A DNA stretch of 64,000 nucleotides from Auanema rhodensis (Eukaryota > Animalia > Nematoda), in assembly GCA_964057225.1 (NCBI GenBank), contig OZ059895.1, positions 23,312,001 through 23,376,000 on the forward strand, in the 5' to 3' direction. Under the pieces are notes generated by a model. That model searched no databases. It had not been told where the DNA came from and saw only the letters and a list, made by a program, of their open reading frames with translations. Positions 52,801 through 64,000 of the stretch are shown here, piece after piece. A program made the position numbers and the translations under genes. Numbering within the stretch: the first letter of the stretch is position 1; every line of letters begins with the position of its first letter.

Positions 52801-55800
52801 AACGATCATAACTAATTTTTGTATTAAGCGTTTCTCAATGTAGTATAGTGCATTCGATGCAGATTTTTAAGCTGCGTCGATCTGTGTTATCAGATTTGCG
52901 CTAGCTTAAAAATGCACCGAGATATCAACTGATATATGTTCACACTTATATCCTCGATTTTCACCCTGAAGAATTAATTTTTTCGTTGAATAACAATGTC
53001 CATCGTCTTTGCCTTGAAAAAAGGAATCTAAAAACATCTACTTTTTGCTAAATTATTTTGAAATTTTTCGAAAAAATTTTTGTCAAAATGTTTTTGGAAG
53101 CAATGTTGAGTGTACATGGAAACTCAACATACACTAATGCATCATTTTTCAAACGATCATAACTAATTTTTGTATTAAGCGTTTCTCAATGTAGTATAGT
53201 GCATTCGATGAGGATTTTTAAGCTGCGTCGATCTGTGTTATCAGATTTGCGCTAGCTTAAAAATGCACCGAGATATCAACTGATATAAGTTCACACTTAT
53301 ATCCTCGATTTTCACCCTGAAGAATTAATTTTTTCGTTGAATAACAATGTTCATCGTCTTTGCCTTGAAAAAAGAAATCTAAAAACATCTACTTTTTGCT
53401 AAATTATTTTGAAATTTTTCGAAAAAATTTTTGTCAAAATGTTTTTGGAAGCAATGTTGAGTGTACATGGAAACTCAACATACACTAATGCATCATTTTT
53501 CAAACGATCATAACTAATTTTTGTATTAAGCGTTTCTCAATGTAGTATAGTGCATTCGATGCGGATTTTTAAGCTGCGTCGATCTGTGTTATCAGATTTG
53601 CGCTAGCTTAAAAATGCACCGAGATATCAACTGATATAAGTTCACACTTATATCCTCGATTTTCACCCTGAAGAATTAATTTTTTCGTTGAATAACAATG
53701 TTCATCGTCTTTGCCTTGAAAAAAGGAATCTAAAAACATCTACTTTTTGCTAAATTATTTTGAAATTTTTCGAAAAAACTTTTGTCAAAATGTTTTTGGA
53801 AGCAATGTTGAGTGTACATGGAAACTCAACATACACTAATGCATCATTTTTCAAACGATCATAACTAATTTTTGTATTGAGCGTTTCTCAATGTAGTATA
53901 GTGCATTCGATGCGGATTTTTAAGCTGCGTCGATCTGTGTTATCAGATTTGCGCTAGCTTAAAAATGCACCGAGATATCAACTGATATAAGTTCACACTT
54001 AGATCCTCGATTTTCACCCTGAAGAATTAATTTTTTCGTTGAATAACAATGTCCATCGTCTTTGCCTTGAAAAAACAAATCTAAAAACATCTACTTTTTG
54101 CTAAATTATTTTGAAATTTTTCGAAAAAATTTTTGTCAAAATGTTTTTGGAAGCAATGTTGAGTGTACATGGAAACTCAACATACACTAATGCATCATTT
54201 TTCAAACGATCATAACTAATTTTTGTATTAAGCGTTTCTCAATGTAGTATAGTGTATTCGATGCGGATTTTTAAGCTGCGTCGATCTGTTTTATCAGATT
54301 TGCGCTAGCTTAAAAATGCACCGAGATATCAACTGATATAAGTTCACACTTATATCCTCGATTTTCACCCTGAAGAATTAATTTTTTCGTTGAATAACAA
54401 TGTCCATCGTCTTTGCCTTGAAAAAACAAATCTAAAAACATCTACTTTTTGCTAAATTATTTTGAAATTTTTCGAAAAAATTTTTGTCAAAATGTTTTTG
54501 GAAGCAATGTTGAGTGTACATGGAAACTCAACATACACTAATGCATCATTTTTCAAACGATCATAACTAATTTTTGTATTAAGCGTTTCTCAATGTAGTA
54601 TAGTGCATTCGATGCGGATTTTTAAGCTGCGTCGATCTGTTTTATCAGATTTGCGCTAGCTTAAAAATGCACCGAGATATCAACTGATATAAGTTCACAC
54701 TTATATCCTCGATTTTCACCCTGAAGAATTAATTTTTTCGTTGAATAACAATGTCCATCGTCTTTGCCTTGAAAAAAGGAATCTAAAAACATCTACTTTT
54801 CGCTAAATTATTTTGAAATTTTTCGAAAAAATTTTTGTCAAAATGTTTTTGGAAGCAATGTTGAGTGTACATGGAAACTCAACATACACTAATGCATCAT
54901 TTTTCAAACGATCATAACTAATTTTCGTATTAAGCGTTTCTCAATGTAGTATAGTGCATTCGATGCGGATTTTTAAGCTGCGTCGATCTGTGTTATCAGA
55001 TTTGCGCTAGCTTAAAAATGCACCGAGATATCAACTGATATATGTTCACACTTATATCCTCGATTTTCACCCTGAAGAATTAATTTTTTCGTTGAATAAC
55101 AATGTCCATCGTCTTTGCCTTGAAAAAAGAAATCTAAAAACATCTACTTTTTGCTAAATTATTTTGAAATTTTTCGAAAAAATTTTTGTCAAAATGTTTT
55201 TAGAAGCAATGTTGAGTGTACATGGAAACTCAACATACACTAATGCATCATTTTTCAAACGATCATAACTAATTTTTGTATTAAGCGTTTCTCAATGTAG
55301 TATAGTGCATTCGATGCAGATTTTTAAGCTGCAATGATCTGTGTTATCAGATTTGCGCTAGCTTAAAAATGCACCGAGATATCAACTGATATAAGTTCAC
55401 ACTTATATCCTCGATTTTCACCCTGAAGAATTAATTTTTTCGTTGAATAACAATGTCCATCGTCTTTGCCTTGAAAAAAGAAATCTAAAAACATCTACTT
55501 TTTGCTAAATTATTTTGAAATTTTTCGAAAAAATTTTTGTCAAAATGTTTTTGGAAGCAATGTTGAGTGTACATGGAAACTCAACATACACTAATGCATC
55601 ATTTTTCAAACGATCATAACTAATTTTTGTATTAAGCGTTTCTCAATGTAGTATAGTGCATTCGATGCAGATTTTTAAGCTGCGTCGATCTGTGTTATCA
55701 GATTTGCGCTAGCTTAAAAATGCACCGAGATATCAACTGATATATGTTCACACTTATATCCTCGATTTTCACCCTGAAGAATTAATTTTTTCGTTGAATA

Positions 55801-55814
55801 ACAATGTCCATCGT
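49848..55814. repeat. Tandem 9-mer/8-mer higher-order repeat pair
   Basis: [p205A][..][p71C+p171G+p294G][p17C+p196T+p231T]x2 or x1[p17C+p231T][p40C+p165C][p90A+p206A+AAT][p206A] at 49848-53006 and 53007-55814. Confidence 0.88.
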
Positions 55815-58800
55815 CTTTGCCTTGAAAAAAGGAATCTAAAAACATCTACTTTTTGCTAAATTATTTTGAAATTTTTCGAAAAAATTTTTGTCAAAATGTT
55901 TTTGGAAGCAATGTTGAGTGTACATGGAAACTCAACATACACTAATGCATCATTTTTCAAACGATCATAACTAATTTTTGTATTAAGCGTTTCTCAATGT
56001 AGTATAGTGCATTCGATGCGGATTTTTAAGCTGCGTCGATCTGTTTTATCAGATTTGCGCTAGCTTAAAAATGCACCGAGATATCAACTGATATAAGTTC
56101 ACACTTATATCCTCGATTTTCACCCTGAAGAATTAATTTTTTCGTTGAATAACAATGTCCATCGTCTTTGCCTTGAAAAAACAAATCTAAAAACATCTAC
56201 TTTTTGCTAAATTATTTTGAAATTTTTCGAAAAAATTTTTGTCAAAATGTTTTTGGAAGCAATGTTGAGTGTACATGGAAACTCAACATACACTAATGCA
56301 TCATTTTTCAAACGATCATAACTAATTTTTGTATTAAGCGTTTCTCAATGTAGTATAGTGTATTCGATGCGGATTTTTAAGCTGCGTCGATCTGTTTTAT
56401 CAGATTTGCGCTAGCTTAAAAATGCACCGAGATATCAACTGATATAAGTTCACACTTATATCCTCGATTTTCACCCTGAAGAATTAATTTTTTCGTTGAA
56501 TAACAATGTCCATCGTCTTTGCCTTGAAAAAACAAATCTAAAAACATCTACTTTTTGCTAAATTATTTTGAAATTTTTCGAAAAAATTTTTGTCAAAATG
56601 TTTTTGGAAGCAATGTTGAGTGTACATGGAAACTCAACATACACTAATGCATCATTTTTCAAACGATCATAACTAATTTTCGTATTAAGCGTTTCTCAAT
56701 GTAGTATAGTGCATTCGATGCGGATTTTTAAGCTGCGTCGATCTGTGTTATCAGATTTGCGCTAGCTTAAAAATGCACCGAGATATCAACTGATATATGT
56801 TCACACTTATATCCTCGATTTTCACCCTGAAGAATTAATTTTTTCGTTGAATAACAATGTCCATCGTCTTTGCCTTGAAAAAAGGAATCTAAAAACATCT
56901 ACTTTTTGCTAAATTATTTTGAAATTTTTCGAAAAAATTTTTGTCAAAATGTTTTTGGAAGCAATGTTGAGTGTACATGGAAACTCAACATACACTAATG
57001 CATCATTTTTCAAACGATCATAACTAATTTTCGTATTAAGCGTTTCTCAATGTAGTATAGTGCATTCGATGCGGATTTTTAAGCTGCGTCGATCTGTGTT
57101 ATCAGATTTGCGCTAGCTTAAAAATGCACCGAGATATCAACTGATATATGTTCACACTTATATCCTCGATTTTCACCCTGAAGAATTAATTTTTTCGTTG
57201 AATAACAATGTCCATCGTCTTTGCCTTGAAAAAAGGAATCTAAAAACATCTACTTTTTGCTAAATTATTTTGAAATTTTTCGAAAAAATTTTTGTCAAAA
57301 TGTTTTTGGAAGCAATGTTGAGTGTACATGGAAACTCAACATACACTAATGCATCATTTTTCAAACGATCATAACTAATTTTTGTATTAAGCGTTTCTCA
57401 ATGTAGTATAGTGCATTCGATGCGGATTTTTAAGCTGCGTCGTTCTGTGTTATCAGATTTGCGCTAGCTTAAAAATGCACCGAGATATCAACTGATATAA
57501 GTTCACACTTATATCCTCGATTTTCACCCTGAAGAATTAATTTTTTCGTTGAATAACAATGTCCATCGTCTTTGCCTTGAAAAAAGAAATCTAAAAACAT
57601 CTACTTTTTGCTAAATTATTTTGAAATTTTTCGAAAAAATTTTTGTCAAAATGTTTTTAGAAGCAATGTTGAGTGTACATGGAAACTCAACATACACTAA
57701 TGCATCATTTTTCAAACGATCATAACTAATTTTTGTATTAAGCGTTTCTCAATGTAGTATAGTGCATTCGATGCGGATTTTTAAGCTGCAATGATCTGTG
57801 TTATCAGATTTGCGCTAGCTTAAAAATGCACCGAGATATCAACTGATATAAGTTCACACTTATATCCTCGATTTTCACCCTGAAGAATTAATTTTTTCGT
57901 TGAATAACAATGTCCATCGTCTTTGCCTTGAAAAAAGAAATCTAAAAACATCTACTTTTTGCTAAATTATTTTGAAATTTTTCGAAAAAATTTTTGTCAA
58001 AATGTTTTTGGAAGCAATGTTGAGTGTACATGGAAACTCAACATACACTAATGCATCATTTTTCAAACGATCATAACTAATTTTTGTATTAAGCGTTTCT
58101 CAATGTAGTATAGTGCATTCGATGCAGATTTTTAAGCTGCGTCGATCTGTGTTATCAGATTTGCGCTAGCTTAAAAATGCACCGAGATATCAACTGATAT
58201 ATGTTCACACTTATATCCTCGATTTTCACCCTGAAGAATTAATTTTTTCGTTGAATAACAATGTCCATCGTCTTTGCCTTGAAAAAAGGAATCTAAAAAC
58301 ATCTACTTTTTGCTAAATTATTTTGAAATTTTTCGAAAAAATTTTTGTCAAAATGTTTTTGGAAGCAATGTTGAGTGTACATGGAAACTCAACATACACT
58401 AATGCATCATTTTTCAAACGATCATAACTAATTTTTGAATTAAGCGTTTCTCAATGTAGTATAGTGCATTCGATGCGGATTTTTAAGCTGCGTCGTTCTG
58501 TGTTATCAGATTTGCGCTAGCTTAAAAATGCACCGAGATATCAACTGATATAAGTTCACACTTATATCCTCGATTTTCACCCTGAAGAATTAATTTTTTC
58601 GTTGAATAACAATGTCCATCGTCTTTGCCTTGAAAAAAGAAATCTAAAAACATCTACTTTTTGCTAAATTATTTTGAAATTTTTCGAAAAAATTTTTGTC
58701 AAAATGTTTTTAGAAGCAATGTTGAGTGTACATGGAAACTCAACATACACTAATGCATCATTTTTCAAACGATCATAACTAATTTTTGTATTAAGCGTTT

Positions 58801-61429
58801 CTCAATGTAGTATAGTGCATTCGATGCGGATTTTTAAGCTGCAATGATCTGTGTTATCAGATTTGCGCTAGCTTAAAAATGCACCGAGATATCAACTGAT
58901 ATAAGTTCACACTTATATCCTCGATTTTCACCCTGAAGAATTAATTTTTTCGTTGAATAACAATGTCCATCGTCTTTGCCTTGAAAAAAGAAATCTAAAA
59001 ACATCTACTTTTTGCTAAATTATTTTGAAATTTTTCGAAAAAATTTTTGTCAAAATGTTTTTGGAAGCAATGTTGAGTGTACATGGAAACTCAACATACA
59101 CTAATGCATCATTTTTCAAACGATCATAACTAGTTTTTGTATTAAGCGTTTCTCAATGTAGTATAGTGCATTCGATGCGGATTTTTAAGCTGCAATGATC
59201 TGTGTTATCAGATTTGCGCTAGCTTAAAAATGCACCGAGATATCAACTGATATATGTTCACACTTATATCCTCGATTTTCACCCTGAAGAATTAATTTTT
59301 TCGTTGAATAACAATGTCCATCGTCTTTGCCTTGAAAAAAGGAATCTAAAAACATCTACTTTTCGCTAAATTATTTTGAAATTTTTCGAAAAAATTTTTG
59401 TCAAAATGTTTTTGGAAGCAATGTTGAGTGTACATGGAAACTCAACATACACTAATGCATCATTTTTCAAACGATCATAACTAATTTTCGTATTAAGCGT
59501 TTCTCAATGTAGTATAGTGCATTCGATGCGGATTTTTAAGCTGCGTCGATCTGTGTTATCAGATTTGCGCTAGCTTAAAAATGCACCGAGATATCAACTG
59601 ATATATGTTCACACTTATATCCTCGATTTTCACCCTGAAGAATTAATTTTTTCGTTGAATAACAATGTCCATCGTCTTTGCCTTGAAAAAACAAATCTAA
59701 AAACATCTACTTTTTGCTAAATTATTCTGAAATTTTTCGAAAAAATTTTTGTCAAAATGTTTTTGGAAGCAATGTTGAGTGTACATGGAAACTCAACATA
59801 CACTAATGCATCATTTTTCAAACGATCATAACTAATTTTTGTATTAAGCGTTTCTCAATGTAGTATAGTGCATTCGATGCGGATTTTTAAGCTGCGTCGA
59901 TCTGTTTTATCAGATTTGCGCTAGCTTAAAAATGCACCGAGATATCAACTGATATAAGTTCACACTTATATCCTCGATTTTCACCCTGAAGAATTAATTT
60001 TTTCGTTGAATAACAATGTCCATCGTCTTTGCCTTGAAAAAAGGAATCTAAAAACATCTACTTTTCGCTAAATTATTTTGAAATTTTTCGAAAAAATTTT
60101 TGTCAAAATGTTTTTGGAAGCAATGTTGAGTGTACATGGAAACTCAACATACACTAATGCATCATTTTTCAAACGATCATAACTAATTTTCGTATTAAGC
60201 GTTTCTCAATGTAGTATAGTGCATTCGATGCGGATTTTTAAGCTGCGTCGATCTGTGTTATCAGATTTGCGCTAGCTTAAAAATGCACCGAGATATCAAC
60301 TGATATATGTTCACACTTATATCCTCGATTTTCACCCTGAAGAATTAATTTTTTCGTTGAATAACAATGTCCATCGTCTTTGCCTTGAAAAAAGGAATCT
60401 AAAAACATCTACTTTTTGCTAAATTATTTTGAAATTTTTCGAAAAAATTTTTGTCAAAATGTTTTTGGAAGCAATGTTGAGTGTACATGGAAACTCAACA
60501 TACACTAATGCATCATTTTTCAAACGATCATAACTAATTTTTGTATTAAGCGTTTCTCAATGTAGTATAGTGCATTCGATGCGGATTTTTAAGCTGCGCG
60601 TTCTGTGTTATCAGATTTGCGCTAGCTTAAAAATGCACCGAGATATCAACTGATATAAGTTCACACTTATATCCTCGATTTTCACCCTGAAGAATTAATT
60701 TTTTCGTTGAATAACAATGTCCATCGTCTTTGCCTTGAAAAAAGAAATCTAAAAACATCTACTTTTTGCTAAATTATTTTGAAATTTTTCGAAAAAATTT
60801 TTGTCAAAATGTTTTTAGAAGCAATGTTGAGTGTACATGGAAACTCAACATACACTAATGCATCATTTTTCAAACGATCCTAACTAATTTTTGTATTAAG
60901 CGTTTCTCAATGTAGTATAGTGCATTCGATGCGGATTTTTAAGCTGCAATGATCTGTGTTATCAGATTTGCGCTAGCTTAAAAATGCACCGAGATATCAA
61001 CTGATATAAGTTCACACTTATATCCTCGATTTTCACCCTGAAGAATTAATTTTTTCGTTGAATAACAATGTCCATCGTCTTTGCCTTAAAAAAAGAAATC
61101 TAAAAACATCTACTTTTTGCTAAATTATTTTGAAATTTTTCGAAAAAATTTTTGTCAAAATGTTTTTGGAAGCAATGTTGAGTGTACATGGAAACTCAAC
61201 ATACACTAATGCATCATTTTTCAAACGATCATAACTAATTTTTGTATTAAGCGTTTCTCAATGTAGTATAGTGCATTCGATGCAGATTTTTAAGCTGCGT
61301 CGATCTGTGTTATCAGATTTGCGCTAGCTTAAAAATGCACCGAGATATCAACTGATATATGTTCACACTTATATCCTCGATTTTCACCCTGAAGAATTAA
61401 TTTTTTCGTTGAATAACAATGTCCATCGT

Positions 61430-64000
61430 CTTTGCCTTGAAAAAAGGAATCTAAAAACATCTACTTTTTGCTAAATTATTTTGAAATTTTTCGAAAAAAT
61501 TTTTGTCAAAATGTTTTTGGAAGCAATGTTGAGTGTACATGGAAACTCAACATACACTAATGCATCATTTTTCAAACGATCATAACTAATTTTTGTATTA
61601 AGCGTTTCTCAATGTAGTATAGTGCATTCGATGCGGATTTTTAAGCTGCGTCGATCTGTTTTATCAGATTTGCGCTAGCTTAAAAATGCACCGAGATATC
61701 AACTGATATAAGTTCACACTTATATCCTCGATTTTCACCCTGAAGAATTAATTTTTTCGTTGAATAACAATGTCCATCGTCTTTGCCTTGAAAAAACAAA
61801 TCTAAAAACATCTACTTTTTGCTAAATTATTTTGAAATTTTTCGAAAAAATTTTTGTCAAAATGTTTTTGGAAGCAATGTTGAGTGTACATGGAAACTCA
61901 ACATACACTAATGCATCATTTTTCAAACGATCATAACTAATTTTTGTATTAAGCGTTTCTCAATGTAGTATAGTGCATTCGATGCGGATTTTTAAGCTGC
62001 GTCGATCTGTTTTATCAGATTTGCGCTAGCTTAAAAATGCACCGAGATATCAACTGATATAAGTTCACACTTATATCCTCGATTTTCACCCTGAAGAATT
62101 AATTTTTTCGTTGAATAACAATGTCCATCGTCTTTGCCTTGAAAAAAGGAATCTAAAAACATCTACTTTTCGCTAAATTATTCTGAAATTTTTCGAAAAA
62201 ATTTTTGTCAAAATGTTTTTGGAAGCAATGTTGAGTGTACATGGAAACTCAACATACACTAATGCATCATTTTTCAAACGATCATAACTAATTTTTGTAT
62301 TAAGCGTTTCTCAATGTAGTATAGTGCATTCGATGCGGATTTTTAAGCTGCGTCGATCTGTTTTATCAGATTTGCGCTAGCTTAAAAATGCACCGAGATA
62401 TCAACTGATATAAGTTCACACTTATATCCTCGATTTTCACCCTGAAGAATTAATTTTTTCGTTGAATAACAATGTCCATCGTCTTTGCCTTGAAAAAACA
62501 AATCTAAAAACATCTACTTTTTGCTAAATTATTTTGAAATTTTTCGAAAAAATTTTTGTCAAAATGTTTTTGGAAGCAATGTTGAGTGTACATGGAAACT
62601 CAACATACACTAATGCATCATTTTTCAAACGATCATAACTAATTTTTGTATTAAGCGTTTCTCAATGTAGTATAGTGCATTCGATGCAGATTTTTAAGCT
62701 GCGTCGATCTGTGTTATCAGATTTGCGCTAGCTTAAAAATGCACCGAGATATCAACTGATATATGTTCACACTTATATCCTCGATTTTCACCCTGAAGAA
62801 TTAATTTTTTCGTTGAATAACAATGTCCATCGTCTTTGCCTTGAAAAAAGGAATCTAAAAACATCTACTTTTTGCTAAATTATTTTGAAATTTTTCGAAA
62901 AAATTTTTGTCAAAATGTTTTTGGAAGCAATGTTGAGTGTACATGGAAACTCAACATACACTAATGCATCATTTTTCAAACGATCATAACTAATTTTTGT
63001 ATTAAGCGTTTCTCAATGTAGTATAGTGCATTCGATGCGGATTTTTAAGCTGCGTCGATCTGTTTTATCAGATTTGCGCTAGCTTAAAAATGCACCGAGA
63101 TATCAACTGATATAAGTTCACACTTATATCCTCGATTTTCACCCTGAAGAATTAATTTTTTCGTTGAATAACAATGTCCATCGTCTTTGCCTTGAAAAAA
63201 CAAATCTAAAAACATCTACTTTTTGCTAAATTATTTTGAAATTTTTCGAAAAAATTTTTGTCAAAATGTTTTTGGAAGCAATGTTGAGTGTACATGGAAA
63301 CTCAACATACACTAATGCATCATTTTTCAAACGATCATAACTAATTTTTGTATTAAGCGTTTCTCAATGTAGTATAGTGCATTCGATGCGGATTTTTAAG
63401 CTGCGTCGATCTGTTTTATCAGATTTGCGCTAGCTTAAAAATGCACCGAGATATCAACTGATATAAGTTCACACTTATATCCTCGATTTTCACCCTGAAG
63501 AATTAATTTTTTCGTTGAATAACAATGTCCATCGTCTTTGCCTTGAAAAAAGGAATCTAAAAACATCTATTTTTCGCTAAATTATTCTGAAATTTTTCGA
63601 AAAAATTTTTGTCAAAATGTTTTTGGAAGCAATGTTGAGTGTACATGGAAACTCAACATACACTAATGCATCATTTTTCAAACGATCATAACTAATTTTT
63701 GTATTAAGCGTTTCTCAATGTAGTATAGTGCATTCGATGCGGATTTTTAAGCTGCGTCGATCTGTTTTATCAGATTTGCGCTAGCTTAAAAATGCACCGA
63801 GATATCAACTGATATAAGTTCACACTTATATCCTCGATTTTCACCCTGAAGAATTAATTTTTTCGTTGAATAACAATGTCCATCGTCTTTGCCTTGAAAA
63901 AACAAATCTAAAAACATCTACTTTTTGCTAAATTATTTTGAAATTTTTCGAAAAAATTTTTGTCAAAATGTTTTTGGAAGCAATGTTGAGTGTACATGGA
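61430..64000. repeat. Tetrameric repeat at the right edge (M176-179 ~ M180-183), second copy truncated by the window end
   Basis: [p231T][p17C+p231T][p40C+p52C+p231T][p17C...] starts at 61430 and 62834 (offset 1404). Confidence 0.75.

Larger units (their letters stand above)
1..64000. repeat. Satellite DNA tandem array, 351-bp monomer, 182 full copies plus a partial copy, single orientation, running off both window edges
   Basis: CTTTGCCTTGAAAAAA recurs at 1, 352, 703, 1054 ... 63536, 63887. 63887-1 = 182x351+4, matching five +1 insertions (near 4618, 15149, 17607, 20416, 23576) and one -1 deletion (near 60598). No non-satellite sequence was seen. Confidence 0.99.

Noticed and set aside
1-64000. 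Giant repetitive protein-coding gene (unit length divisible by 3)
   Set aside because: All six frames contain stops in every monomer under the standard code (plus strand p9, p23, p43; minus strand at CTA p22, p32, p42). Under ciliate code 6 frame +1 is open in consensus copies, but lacking TGA in one of six frames is expected by chance, and the AAT alleles and indels break it.
1-64000. CRISPR array or other repeat-spacer system
   Set aside because: There are no unique spacers: the sequence between palindromes is identical in every unit, and there are no associated genes.

Overview
The whole 64 kb window is one uninterrupted head-to-tail tandem array of a 351-bp, ~69% A+T monomer: 182 complete copies plus a 114-bp partial copy starting at 63887. 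It is typical eukaryotic satellite DNA, plausibly (peri)centromeric heterochromatin of an invertebrate, but I cannot name the species or family. Copies differ from consensus by about 0-6 bases. Only six indels occur (five copies of the same +1, one -1), and they exactly account for the 4-bp drift from 182x351. I see no genes, RNA genes, CRISPR spacers, transposon insertions or strand inversions, so no gene-encoded system can be supported. The informative signal is at two levels. (1) The monomer is packed with overlapping inverted repeats, and three common polymorphisms each perfect a stem. (2) By-eye typing of ~55 variable positions shows local higher-order repeats (2-, 3-, 4-, 8/9- and 15-monomer periods) and a layered arrangement in which both flanks share markers absent from the ~26-kb centre. 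Monomer numbers (M1...) and within-monomer positions (pN, equal to window coordinates for M1) were read manually and need computational confirmation.
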